Origin: Azolla caroliniana | Lineage: Eukaryota > Plantae > Polypodiophyta | Assembly: GCA_043228905.1 (NCBI GenBank) | Contig: JBHGNT010000013.1 | Coordinates: 5,828,001 to 5,892,000 of the forward strand | Direction: 5' to 3' | Length of the DNA: 64,000 nucleotides | Part shown: in pieces, positions 1 to 12,488 of the stretch | Numbering within the stretch: the stretch's first letter is position 1 | Layout: each line of letters begins with the position of its first letter | Notes under the pieces: model-generated | What the model saw: the letters and a program-made list of their open reading frames with translations, nothing else | The model's database searches: none | Told to the model about the DNA's origin: nothing | Made by a program: the position numbers and the translations under genes

Positions 1-1548
1 TGTAGAGACTAATGCTTTCTTCGCTCCATTTGTCCGGATGTCAAGGCCTTCAAACTCACTGTCGAGGGAGTGAGTCGACTCGTTGCCATTGAAATGACTG
101 TCTTCATACTCCGACATTTTGGCCTTCCCTTTGTCCAGCTTTGGACTTGGTCGAGATGTGCTTTGATCGCTCGAAGGCTCTTGTGGTTCACTCAGTCAGG
201 TTTTGATCGGACTTTCTTTGAATATACGCGTGATGCGATCTTCACCTTCTGTCTCTTGTTTGGCAGATTCCGTGTCGAGCAGAGTCGTAGTCGTAGTTGT
301 CTCCGGTGCGTACTAGGATGCGGACTCGTCGAAGACTACATCTCGACTCACACGAACCTTGCAAGTCGGGGGGTTATAGCATTTGTAGCCCTTTTGCTCC
401 AGTGAGTATCCTATGAGGATACATTTCTCTGACTTTAGGCTGAGCTTTTGTTGCTTTTTGTCGAGGATGTGCACTTATGCAATGGAGCCGAATATCGAAA
501 CATGTGATAGATCCGGCTTCTTCCCGAAAAACTTCTCGTGCAAAGTAAGTTTGTGCAGACCCGATGTCGTACGCCGATTCATGAGATAGATGGCTGTGTT
601 AGCCACTTCCGCCCAATACGATTTCGGCATGTTCTTTTTGTTAAGCATAGCTCGTGCCACTTTGACGATGTGCCGATTCTTGCGTTTGGCTAATCGGTTC
701 TGTTATGGCGTATGTCAACACGAAAACTCTCCCCGCATCCCTTCTTTTCGAAGATACGCCATAAACTCATTCGAGAAATATTGCTTGCCTCCATCCGATC
801 GAAGGCACCGTACGTGTGGACCCGTGGCTTTTCCGACTCCACTCTCGAATTTTTGGAAGTGTCTGAACACTTCGCTCTTCTGCCGCATTGGGTAGATCCA
901 AGTGTGCCTTGAGAAGTCTTCAATGAAGGTTACATAATATCGGCATCCGCCAAATGTCTCCGTTTGAGCCGGTCCCCATACATCGGAATGAATTATGTTG
1001 AGTACGTCTTTGCTCATGTTCCTCTCCTTCGGAAATGAGTGCCGATGTTGCTTACCAAATTGGCACACCGCACATACGCCTTCAATCTCTCGCTCTTTGA
1101 AGGTCGGGAGTCCGATGATGACTCCTTTCAATTGCGTCACCTTGAGCTTTTGAATGTTGATATGGCCAATTCGCTTGTGCCATAACTCTATATTGGACTC
1201 GGCTTTCATACCTTTTGAGAACATGGCCAATTTCATCTCGTGTGAGTCGAGAATGAACATTGAGCCCTCTCTTCATCCACGTGCGATAAGTCGACCTTCT
1301 TTCTCAATAAAGCAACCACCTTGACTAAATTGAACTTGCATTCCTTGCTCTACAATTTGGCCGACAGAGACCAAATTCTTCGTAATGGTAGGGACATGCA
1401 AAACATTTTTAATGCAGGTTTGCTTCCCTTTTTCTTCGAATGAGACATTGTTGATGTGTCGAATGGGATGCATAGCGTCGTTTCCGGTTTCGACATAGTT
1501 GGGTCGCTCCGGCTCTCAAAGTTCTTGGAACCATTCTTGATAAGACGT
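1..1548 (-). pseudogene. copia A protease C-terminus, integrase and IN-RT linker (stops and frameshifts)
   Basis: ORF fragments 1273..1473, 715..1260 and 475..660 carry GAG-pre-integrase and integrase core motifs. Confidence 0.9.
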
Positions 1549-2268
1549 TGTCGTGAAGATTTTCGTCCACGAGCGGAAACCCGAGCAACGAGAGCCAAAG
1601 AGCGACGTGCAACGTTGCACGCGTACATAATGTATTTGTAATAATAATAGGGGAAAAGGGTATGGTGCTAGAAATGCCCCATAAGATCCCTAAGGTATAA
1701 AGGCGATGTGGTCTTGTGCGCACATCCACGCGAGAGAGAGAGAGAGGTACTATGCGGTACATAGGTCCCTAGTTGTTTGTGAGGAGGTGGGAGTAAAGGG
1801 GCCATCAATCTCACCCTCCCCAAATCAAGGCAAATACCCCCTTTGAATGAAAGGGGATATTTTAGTCTCGTTTTTGTAAACGGTCTTCCCTCCTTGTGCT
1901 ATAAAAGGAGAGGGAAGGCACCATTGTGAGGGTTGCCTATTTTGAGTGTGCGAGGTTTACCACAGAGGTCGAGCGTTAGGGTTAGGGTTAGGGTTTCTTG
2001 ATCTTTATCTTCATCTTCGTCGGTTAGGGTTTCGAGTAGTCGTTTGGTGCGGCCTATGCGGCCACCATTTTGTAATCGTTCATTTCGTTTTAATATATCT
2101 TGTTGATCATCTTGTCTCCATCTTCCTCTTGTTTGATCTAATCTCTTGTTGATTCTTCTTCTTCCTGAGCAAAGCTTCCATTCCGTGTCCGATTCCTTCT
2201 CCTCTACTCCTTAGTCCAAGACCCCCGTGGTCCCGCCCTTCTCCACGCACACGCGTAGCAACACGACA
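1549..2268 (+). repeat. 5' LTR of element G; contains (TTAGGG)3 at 1976-1993
   Basis: Direct repeat of 21957..22676; TG...CA termini. Confidence 0.95.
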
Positions 2269-2273
2269 TCTTT

Positions 2274-2291
2274 TGGTGAACCCGATGTGAA
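2274..2291 (+). other. Primer-binding site complementary to the tRNA-Trp(CCA) 3' end
   Basis: TGGTGAACCCGATGTGAA vs reverse complement of the plant tRNA-Trp end ...TTCACGTCGGGTTCA-CCA; one G:U-compatible change; 5 nt after the LTR. Confidence 0.8.
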
Positions 2292-2314
2292 GAGGCGGAA
2301 AAGGAAAAAAGGGG

Positions 2315-2680
2315 ATGGAAGCCGGAGACATCGCTGAAGTAATTACGAAAATGGCAAGGGATTTCGCAAGAAGGAGAGGAAGACGAGAAGAGGCGTACAA
2401 GTACGATCGACGCGAGTTCGATCTATGGGTGTCGTCGGCAAAGGTTCCTCGAAGCGCAATGAAGGCATTTCGGGAGTTCGATCTCCGGTTTTCCCAACTT
2501 TCGGTCCGGGATCAAGAATCGGTGGGGGCAGACAAGGTCCCACTATTCTTGAAGTCGGTCAACGAAAGGGGAAGAATGGCCATTTTTCCCTACCTCGAAG
2601 ACGATGAAGGGGCGTACGGCCTCACCTAAGATTGGAACGAGGTGGAATGGGCGTGCATACAATGCGATGAGAGGCGGTCG
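2315..2680 (+). pseudogene. Gag-like remnant of element G
   Basis: First ORF after the PBS: FREFDLRFSQLS...DKVPLFLKSV...LEDDEGAYGLT*DWNEV, resembling a gypsy gag; in-frame stop at 2627-2629. Confidence 0.55.
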
Positions 2681-2899
2681 GCCACAACGCGGCCTGCGAG
2701 CGGCGGAGAAGAGAGAGCGGCGACCGACTACACACTACCGCCGGAAGAGAGCTCAATGCAAATGGGTTCGGAGAAGCTCGACATCAAAGCCTTGGTGCGG
2801 GAAGCGTACGAGATCGTAGAGGCACAAATCGAAGCCGAAGAAGGGCTTATTGCGGAGTCCGGCCCGAGCGGATCGGAGGATGAGGAGGCTGAAAGAGAA

Positions 2900-3960
2900 T
2901 GGTACATCGGTACCATGGGAGAGGGTGTGGAGCGAGCCACCCTCTCGACATGCGGAGAAAGATCGACCGAGGACGAGGTCGGGGACGGTGAGGCGGCGAT
3001 CGCCGATTCGAGCGGACATGAGGGAGTTCGGGCATGGAGGCCCGAAACATCGAGCGGGGAGAAGATGGGCGGTGGTGTCGGGACCTTACGCACACCGGGC
3101 CTAGAGACTCCGGCAACCGGCCCGAGAGCCGGTGTGAGACCTAGAGTGACGGCGGCGGCGGCGGGAAGGCGGGCGACCACGATGGTGACATGGGAGAGGG
3201 TGCGGAAAGAGCGACCCTCTCGTCTTGCGGCGAATGGACGGCCATGGAGGCCGGTAACTACGGATTCGGGACATAGCGGCCTGAAACATCGAGTGAGGAG
3301 GAGACAAGTGGCGGTGTCGCGACCTTACACACACTGGCCGTAGAGGCACCGACGGTCGGCCCGATTGCCGGCGTGAGACCTAGAGCGACGAGCGGTGGCG
3401 ACGGCAAGGCGGGCAACCGAGACAACGGTAAGGAGACCGTGCATATACGGAGGCGGGGTAGCCACGGACGACGATGTCTGAATGGAGGTGGCTACAGGCA
3501 TAGCTTCGACGAGCGGCGGCGTTGCTACCTTACACGCACTGGTTCAAGAGACCCCGGCGGCCGGCCCGAGTGCCCGCGTGAGACCTAGGGTAACGAACGG
3601 TGGCGGCGGCAAGGCGGGCGACCACGGCGACGATGTGGGAGAGGGTGCGGAGCGAGCGACCCTCTCGACTTGCGGGAATAGGACGGCCATGGATGAGGCC
3701 GATATCTACAGAGCAATGGACGCCACGTCGAGAGTGAGCGAAAGTTTCGGGACGCGGTTGCCCGAAACGTTCTACGAGGATTTCGCGAGCATACTCAAGG
3801 CTTGCGAAATCGAGGAAGAAGAGGAGACAAGCGGTGGTGCCGCAACCTTCCACACACCGGTCCTAGAGACTCCGGCAACCGGCCCGAGAGCCGGTGTAAG
3901 ACCTAGAGAGACGGATGGTGGCGGTGGCAAGGCGGGCAACCGAAATGACGAAGAGGAGGT
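2900..3960 (+). repeat. Degenerate ~200-300 bp internal repeats of element G
   Basis: Recurrent blocks GGAGAGGGTGYGGA..CCCTCTCG (~2918, 3193, 3638) and ACAC..CTAGAGACTCCGGCAACCGGCCCGAGAGCCGGTGT.AGACCTAG (~3090, 3328, 3533, 3850). Confidence 0.75.
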
Positions 3961-4200
3961 TTGTAGCGGACGGAGGCGAGATCCCTCGACACCAGGGCCG
4001 GAGACTTCGGCGGTTGTGCCCAAGTGCGGACATAAGACCGAAGAGATGGACAGTGGCCGTGAGGATGAGAGGCCCGGAGTGGGCACGTGCGAAAAGGCCG
4101 AACGAGAGGTCCGGAGTGGCATCAAGGAGCGAGTCGGGAACCGACCCGACCGAAAGATGAGCCGGTCGATAATCCGACCCGACCAGGAGGCGGAGTGGAA

Positions 4201-5636
4201 AAAGAGTGAAGCGGGGTCCGGTCAACCGGACCCAAACCGAAGAAGAACCGGCAAGGCCGGATTTGCTCGGACAAACATGTACCGGCCGGTTACGATTAGG
4301 AAAGGGAGCCGACCAAACCGGAACTCCATCGACCGAGACCGATCCGGGCGAAGGCTATGTCGGCATGATTGGAGGCCGAGGCATACGAGCCACAACACGC
4401 GGTGGGAGCCGGTGAGCGCAAGAAGGAGGCTAACCGGGCACGGTGATTACGGCTTGGCGGAAGACCGAGAGCAAGGGAAACCCTCCCCACCTATTCCTGA
4501 GACTTTGGCGGTTGCGGATCAACATAAGACCGAAGAGACGGCGGGTGGCGGCGAGGACTTGGAGACCAGAACGGACGAGGCTACCAGAACGGGTACCCGG
4601 TGCGTGAAGACGGTCGAGCACGACCCAGATGGCGAGCCGGACCCGGAAGGGGCTATGGCAACAAAGGACAAAGAGACCGACGCGGAGGTCAGGACTACGG
4701 CGGATGAAGGGCGTGACACGAAGCATGCATTACGGTCGGTGAAGGGCCCAAGAACGAGCATGCATCCGAGAGAGCGTCAACGAGTGATCGGAAACGGTGG
4801 ACCGATTGAGCCTTTGAGAGGCGAAGACTCGGTGGTGGACTGAGAGTGGGAGGAACCCTCCACACCTATCCGTGAGGCATCGGCGGCCGCGGATCGAAGG
4901 GAAACCGAAGAAACGGTGGGTGGCGGTGAGGAGTTGGAGACGGACGCGGAGGTCGGGTCTACGGCGGAAGCGCGACACGAGACACATGCAATACGGCTGG
5001 TGGAGGGCCAAGACACAAGCATGCATACGGCGGATGGGCGACAACAATTGACCGACGATGACGGTCGGGTCAAGCCTTCGAGAGGCAAGCGCGGGATGAA
5101 TGACGGCTCGGCGAAACACCAAGACCGAAGACATGGGCCGAGCGCGATCGGCATGAGCGGAGAGTCGTGTCTTGAGAACCGAAGAAAGTGCGCGGAGAGC
5201 AACGGGCTGCGCGCCAGGAAGAGGAAGTGCGGCTTCCCGGAGGGCATGCAAGGCCAAGCGGGCCAAGAGGGCGCAAGTCGAGGCGAAGCGGTAACGGGAG
5301 CCTTGAGGGACACCGACACAGAGGTCGGGATGACAGTACGCTCTACCGCGAGAGAGCAAGGCGAACGACGGGGAAAGCCTATGGAAGGCAAGCGCCGAGC
5401 GGAGAGAGTCGGCACGCCGAGGTGTGCGGCACGCAAAGGGCAGAATCTAACATGCGACCGGGAGCGCATCCGGAGGATATACGAGGCGGACAAAGGAAGA
5501 GCAACCGGGTCGGCGACGGCGTTCAGGAGGATCGAACGGGGAGGAAAGCACGGGCATCGGATACGGAGGATCGGATGTAGTCGGTGGTGCAAGGATCCAC
5601 GGTGGACGTGGCAGATCGGGTGGAGGCAACGGCTCG
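4201..5636 (+). repeat. Left copy of the 1436-bp direct duplication flanking the Penelope-like element
   Basis: Colinear with 14921..15601 + 20958..21712 (681+755=1436 bp); about 24 substitutions by manual count; this copy has the empty GCATC site where copia C2 sits in the right copy. Confidence 0.95.
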
Positions 5637-6402
5637 GCGAGAACGGCCACGGAACTTAGAGATAAAACAAGAGCACAAAATAAATATGAAAACCCTAATA
5701 TTAGAGATATTGACATTACAATGTATGAAGGGGAAGAAGAAAATGATAATGAAATGTTTTATGACAGTCCCTCGTACATTGCTCCCTTAGAAGCCAAGAT
5801 AAATAATACTAAAAATTCTGTCCCCCATACTATTAACCTAAATAAAAATTCTAATCACATACCCACACCCAACCCCAAAAAGAATCTAAACTTTACCCTA
5901 AACCCTAATCTAGAACCTAAGTCTAACCCAAACACTAAACTCTAATTCCAAAAATACCACTAACCCTTTTCCTAACTCTCACCCTAACCCAAACCACCGC
6001 TCCAATAATAACTCCAAACAAGCGCAACGTCCTCGTCATCGAGCATCTAACCTCCTTTTCACCTGCAACACCGCAACTAATGAGGTTAAACAAGCATTTA
6101 AACCTTATCCCAACCATGGAGGGCCTCAAGTTCTTTTTCATAACCCAAACTTTGCCAATAATGAACTGCACCATTCTCGCTCACCACAAGCTTTCGCAAC
6201 GATAGGCCTTGGTCATCTCCCCGCTCATATAAGTCCTCCGACTCCTAACACCGTCCCCGAGCTCCATCCACCATACTATCGTCAACCGCACCTGCCAAAC
6301 ATTACAAGACAACAATTTCAACACTCTGTTACGAATCAAAGCCGCCAACAAAACTTCCCGCCGTCGCCACCGCCCCTTTTCCGTCGTACACATGGTACAC
6401 CC

Positions 6403-9400
6403 TGTTGGGATTTCGGTCCCTTTCGGATGGGATGGTCGGATATCGGAGATGAATGCCGACAAGCCCGGTTTCGGTTTCGGATCCGGATGACGAAGACCCC
6501 GGCTTCGGTGCCGGATGACGAATGTACCCGAAGAGCGATCCGGATGCAGGGACATATCCGTGAATATGTTCGCTACGAGCCCCCTGAGGCTATAGTTGTA
6601 AATAGCCCAAAGTCATATAAGTATAAATATGACTTAGGGCAAACAGTTTTTCTGTTGCTTCTCATTTTTCTGTTTTTCCACTTTAGAGGAGTGAAGAGAG
6701 AGCAGCCGAGAGAGAGAGAGAAAGAGAGAGAGCGCGAGAGAGAAAGAGGTAGACGCCTCTGTGTATTTCCGCCGCCTGTGGCGAGGACAGCGAGCTCAAG
6801 GTCGTCGCCTTGGAGCTCGTCATTGTATACTTCTCTGTATAGTGTTGTTTGGAGTCTTGTACTCCCGTGGTTTTTCCCCGTTTAGGGTTTTCCACGTTAA
6901 TCCTTGTGTACTCGCGTTTCTTCGTTTTGTTTCTACGTGTGTTTCCTATTTTCTGCTCCATTGATCCGCGATTAATCGGTTGTGGCCGAGATAAGAAGCC
7001 GGATAGAAGGGCCTATTCCTTACAAACTGGTATCAGAGCGACTGTTGCAGAAAATGGAAGGCGGCGGCAGCGGGCAGCCGATGATGATGGTGCTGAATGC
7101 ACAGAATTACGCCGACTGGAAGATCAAGATGGAGGATCTTCTGATTGTTCGGGACCTGTACGAACCGATTGACAGGTCGGAAATACCGAAGGGGGTACTT
7201 GAGTCGGAGTGGAAGCTCCTGAACCGGAAAGCCGTAGCGACGATCCGACAATATGTCGACGTAAGCGTCCTGCAACATGTGGCGAACGACACCAACGCAT
7301 ACGAGATGTGGAAGAAGCTGTCTGGCCTCTATGAGAGGAAGAATGCGTTGAACCGGACCTCCCTGATGAGGAAGATTGTGAATCTCAAGTATCGGGACGG
7401 CGAGAGTATGGTGGAACACGTAAGCACGTTCATGGGATTCGTGAATCAGCTTGCGGCGATCAAGTTCCCGCTGGAGGATGCAATGCAAGCCATCATCCTG
7501 ATGTGTACATTGCCGGACAGCTGGGAGAACCTGGTGGTGACTCTCAGCACCTCCTGCACCGAAGATAACTTGTCCCTACAAACGGTAAAGACAAGTATTC
7601 TGAATGAAGAAGCGCGTCGGAGAGATAAGGAACCGGCCTCCGACCCGAAGATGCTGTTTACCGAATCGGATCGGGGAAGACAGTGGAACCGGAGTCCGCA
7701 AAGACGGGAGAAGTCGGGGACCCGGTCGCAGTCAAGAGGAAGGCCAACATGCTTCCACTGTGGGAAGCCGGGGCACTTCCGAAAGAATTGTCGGCATTAC
7801 CGAAAAGACAATGGAACCGACAACACCGATTCGAAGAAGTCACCGGAGAGAAACGGTGCATACCGGGGAGCCACGGACCGGAATGGTTCGGATCGGCGAG
7901 GACAGGACCGGAAAGGAACAACGGCACTCGCGGCAAGTGAGGAAGAAATCATGCTCATCACCGAAGAAGGTGAGCTAAACGTTGCCGGCGATGAGACGAC
8001 CTGGGTGGTCGATTCCGGAGCATCGTTCCACCTGACCCCGGAGAGAAGATACTTCTCATCCTACACAGCCGGCGAGCATGGCTGTGTTCGGATGGGAAAT
8101 GAAGGTACGTGCCGGATTGCCGGCATAGGAGACGTGTGGTTGACAACCCCGACCGGATGCAAAATGCTGCTGAAAGATGTCCGACACGTTCCGGAGGTCC
8201 GATTGAACCTGATTTCGGCCGGGAGGCTAGATGATGAAGGCTACACGGGTAGCATCCGGAACGGTGTCATGAAGTTCAGCAAGGGGAGCTTGATAGTGGT
8301 TCGGGCCCGGAAGGTCAACACACTGTACCTGATGAATGCCCGGTTATGTCCGGAAGAGCTGAATGTGGCAGCCGACACTGCCGGTGAGCTGTGGCACAAA
8401 AGACTGTGCCACATGAGTGAGAAGGGGATGAAGAGGCTTGCAGAAGACAACCTCATCCCAGTGAAGTACGTGCACCTGGAGAAGTGCACCGACTGCCTGG
8501 CCGGTAAGCAAAACCGAACCTCCTTCCACTCAAGGCCACCGACGAGACGTAGCGCACCATTGGAGTTGGTGCACACTGATGTGTGTCAGGTAGAGACGAA
8601 GTCACATGGCGGAGCCCAGTACTTCGTAACATTCATCGATGATCATAGCCGAAAACTGTGGACGGCACCGATGAAGACAAAGGACCAAGTGTTGTCCGTC
8701 TTCAAAGAACTCCATGCGAGAGTGGAAAGAGAATCCGGCAAGAAGCTGAAAGCGATACGAGCGGATAACGGAGGGGAATACCGAGGGCAGTTCCAGGAGT
8801 ACTGTCGCTCGAAGGGAATCCGACTCGAGTTTACTGTGCCGAAGACGCCGGAACTGAACGGGCTGGCCGAGAGGATGAACCGGACCATAATGGAGCGGGT
8901 CCGGAGTATGCTGGCGCATGCGAAATTACCCAAGGGGTTTTGGGCTGAGGCAATGTCGACGGCGACATACGTGATAAACAGATCACCCTCAGTACCTTTG
9001 GACGGAGACACGCCGCAGAAAGTGTGGACTGGTAAGGAAGTGTCCTACCGGCATCTGAAGGTGTTCGGGTGTCTCGCATACGTGCATGTGGCAAAGGACC
9101 GGAGAGGAAAGCTAGATCCGAAGACCCGGCCATGCATATTCCTCGGTTACGGCGACGACGAGTTCGGCTACCGAGTATGGGACCCGGTCGACAAGAAGAT
9201 ATTCCGGAGTCGTGATATCATCTTCATGGAGAACAAGACGCTCGCCGACTGGGAGTCGGAGAAGAAGATGAAGAGCTCCAAGTCGACCGGTGAGGATCAA
9301 CTCTACGAGGAGCAGTCCCGACCGGCAAGGGACCGGTTAGCACTCGAGGATCCGGCCGAAGACAGTGAAGACACAGAACCGGCCGAAGAAGATGAAAATG

Positions 9401-11758
9401 ATACCGGAACCGGCCCCGATCCCGAAATGGTCTCGGATGAAGAAGAATCGGAAGAACCGGTTACCGAAGCTCCGGAACGGAGATATCCTCTAAGAGAGAG
9501 AAGGGCCCCCCCGGAGATTTCCGGAACCAGAGCACGTGCTGCTAACCGACGAGGGGGAGCCGGAGAGCTTTGAAGAAGCAAAGCATGACACCCAGAGCCG
9601 CAGGTGGTTGAGTGCCATGCAGGACGAGATGGATTCCCTGCATGAGAACCACACATATGAACTTGTGGAGTTGCCGAAGGGAAAGCGGGCACTTCGAAAC
9701 AAGTGGGTGTTCAAGCTGAAACCGGGAGATGCCGGAAACCCCCCGAGATACAAAGCCAGGATCGTGGTGAAGGGGTTTCAGCAAAAGAAGGGCGTCGACT
9801 TCGACGAGATATTTGCCCCGGTAGTGAAGATGACCTCCATCCGGACGGTGCTGAGCATAGCGGCAAGCATGGACCTCGAGGTAGAACAGATGGACGTGAA
9901 GACGGCATTCCTTCACGGCGACCTCGATGAAGAGATCTACATGCAGCAACCGGAAGGATTCGAGAAGGAAGGGAAGGAGCACCTGGTATGCCGGTTGAAG
10001 AAGAGCCTTTACGGACTGAAGCAGGCTCCCCGGCAATGGTACCGGAAGTTCGACTCCTTCATGACCGACGAAGGGTACCTCAAAACGCAGTCCGACCACT
10101 GCGTGTTTGTGAAGGAGTTCGAAGGAGGAGACTCTCTAATACTCCTCCTGTACGTGGACGACATGTTGATCGTCGGACGGGACCAGGTCAAGATACGGAT
10201 GCTGAAGAAGGCTCTTCACCGAACCTTCTCAATGAAGGACCTGGGTCCGGCGAGGCAAATACTAGGGATGCACATCATCCGGGACCGGAAGAAGAAGCAG
10301 TTGTGGCTGTCACAGGAGAAGTACGTGACAAAGGTGCTTCAACGGTTCAACATGTCGGAAGCAAGACCGGTCGGATCGACCCTCCCGGCAAACTGCAAGC
10401 TGTCCAGCAAGCAAAGTCCCAAGACAAAGGCTGAAAAGGAGGATATGATGAAAGTGCCGTATGCCTCAGCAGTCGGGAGCTTGATGTACGCCATGGTGTG
10501 TACGAGACCGGACATCGGATATGCAGTCGGAGTGGTGAGCCGGTACATGAGCAATCCCGGCAAAGAGCACTGGAACGCGGTCAAGTGGATACTCCGATAC
10601 CTGAAGGGCACGGCAAACGTGTGCCTCCGATTCGGCTCCGGTAAGCCCGAACTCGAAGGCTTTACTGATTCTGATATGTCGGCTGATGCAGATACCAGCC
10701 GGTCCACATCAGGGTATGTGATGACGTATGCAGGGGGAGCTGTTTCGTGGCAGTCGAGGCTGCAGAAGACGGTTGCGTTGTCAACCACGGAGGCGGAGTA
10801 CATGGCGGCTGTTGAAGCCGGCAAGGAAATAATATGGATGAAGGACTTCATTAGAGAGCTCGGTATCCGGCAAGAGGAGTACCGACTCTACTGCGACAGT
10901 CAGAGTGCCATCCACCTTGCGAAGAACGCAGCCTATCACTCCCGGACGAAGCACATCCAGCGAAGATATCACTGGATCCGGGAAAGGATAGAAGACAAGG
11001 AGTTCGTGCTGACGAAGATCCACACCGACGAGAACGGGTCGGATATGCTGACCAAGGTGCTCACACCCGACAAGCTGGAAGCATGCCGGAAGAGGATCGG
11101 ATTGGAAAGACATCCCATGCCGAAGTGAAGGGGGAGTTTGTTGGGATTTCGGTCCCTTTCGGATGGGATGGTCGGATATCGGAGATGAATGCCGACAAGC
11201 CCGGTTTCGGTTTCGGATCCGGATGACGAAGACCCCGGCTTCGGTGCCGGATGACGAATGTACCCGAAGAGCGATCCGGATGCAGGGACATATCCGTGAA
11301 TATGTTCGCTACGAGCCCCCTGAGGCTATAGTTGTAAATAGCCCAAAGTCATATAAGTATAAATATGACTTAGGGCAAACAGTTTTTCTGTTGCTTCTCA
11401 TTTTTCTGTTTTTCCACTTTAGAGGAGTGAAGAGAGCAGCCGAGAGAGAGAGAGAAAGAGAGAGAGCGCGAGAGAGAAAGAGGTAGACGCCTCTGTGTAT
11501 TTCCGCCGCCTGTGGCGAGGACAGCGAGCTCAAGGTCGTCGCCTTGGAGCTCGTCATTGTATACTTCTCTGTATAGTGTTGTTTGGAGTCTTGTACTCCC
11601 GTGGTTTTTCCCCGTTTAGGGTTTTCCACGTTAATCCTTGTGTACTCGCGTTTCTTCGTTTTGTTTCTACGTGTGTTTCCTATTTTCTGCTCCATTGATC
11701 CGCGATTAATCGGTTGTGGCCGAGATAAGAAGCCGGATAGAAGGGCCTATTCCTTACA
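6403..11758 (+). mobile_element. Ty1/copia element C1, very recent
   Basis: LTRs 6403..7024 and 11139..11758 differ only by one AG unit on manual comparison. TSD CACCC (6398-6402/11759-11763), Met-i PBS 7028-7040, PPT GAAGGGGGAG. Confidence 0.97.
7054..11128 (+). CDS. copia C1 gag-pol (Gag, CCHC, PR, IN, RT, RNase H) with a single +1 frameshift at 9506-9512
   Basis: CFHCGKPGHFRKNC, VVDSGAS, WHKRLCH..CTDC, DVC/DNGGE/E, YVDD, TDSD. A C7 run here is C6 in relatives D and E. Confidence 0.93.
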
Positions 11759-12488
11759 CACCCTACAATAATTGGACATCATAGAAACGTGATCCACTGC
11801 ACAATAACCAGCAACATGTCGTGGTTGATCGCGGCCTATTTCATCAATCGTTCCCCCCCCCTATTGTAAACGAGTATGGGACTGTGTTGGACAGCCATCT
11901 CGTGCACCCTTCCCCCTCCCTACATGGTGCGTTGTTTGGGACTGCGCAAGGCAGCCAACACACATTCGCGCCGCCCCTCCTTCCCACCCCTCATCCATGC
12001 TCACAACAGCCTCACCTCTCACGTTTTCAGAACCCTAATTACTCCCATTTCTCTGTTCCCTCCTCACATCCCCCTTTGTCTTCCTATGGAGGCAGCCTCT
12101 ATGAACAAATGCCTCCTCCCCTCCCCTCTCCCTCTCAATTATTTCCATATCTCATACATGCCCCTTCATTACTTCCCGATAATCTAACTCATGCCCCCCC
12201 CTATTTTAGCCCTAATTCACATACTACCCCTCCCCCTCCTTTATCTAATTTTCATTCGCCCCCCCCACATTTTTTTACCCCATTTGTTGAAACCCCCCCC
12301 TCTAACTCATACTCTACCCCTCCCTCGTATCTTAATAAACCTCCTTCTTATTATCCCCTCTCTAATATAAAAACCCCCTTCACCCACCACACCACCCCTC
12401 CCTCCTATCCTAATCATAAACATTATAGAAATACACCACACTCCACTAATCCTCCCCCTACCACACACCATAGGAACCCACCTTCTAG

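Noticed and set aside
2642-5659. Long ORFs (233, 453, 247, 271 aa) inside element G as real genes
   Set aside because: GC-rich repeated sequence is open in several frames on both strands, and no domain motifs are recognisable.
5870-5995. Telomeric seed (ACCCTAAACCCTAA) marking a healed chromosome end
   Set aside because: Only about two units, inside Asn-Pro codons of PLE ORF1 and not at either junction.
7033-10851. Antisense ORFs shared by C1, D and E
   Set aside because: Shadow frames of GC-rich gag-pol; their similarity simply follows sense-strand homology.
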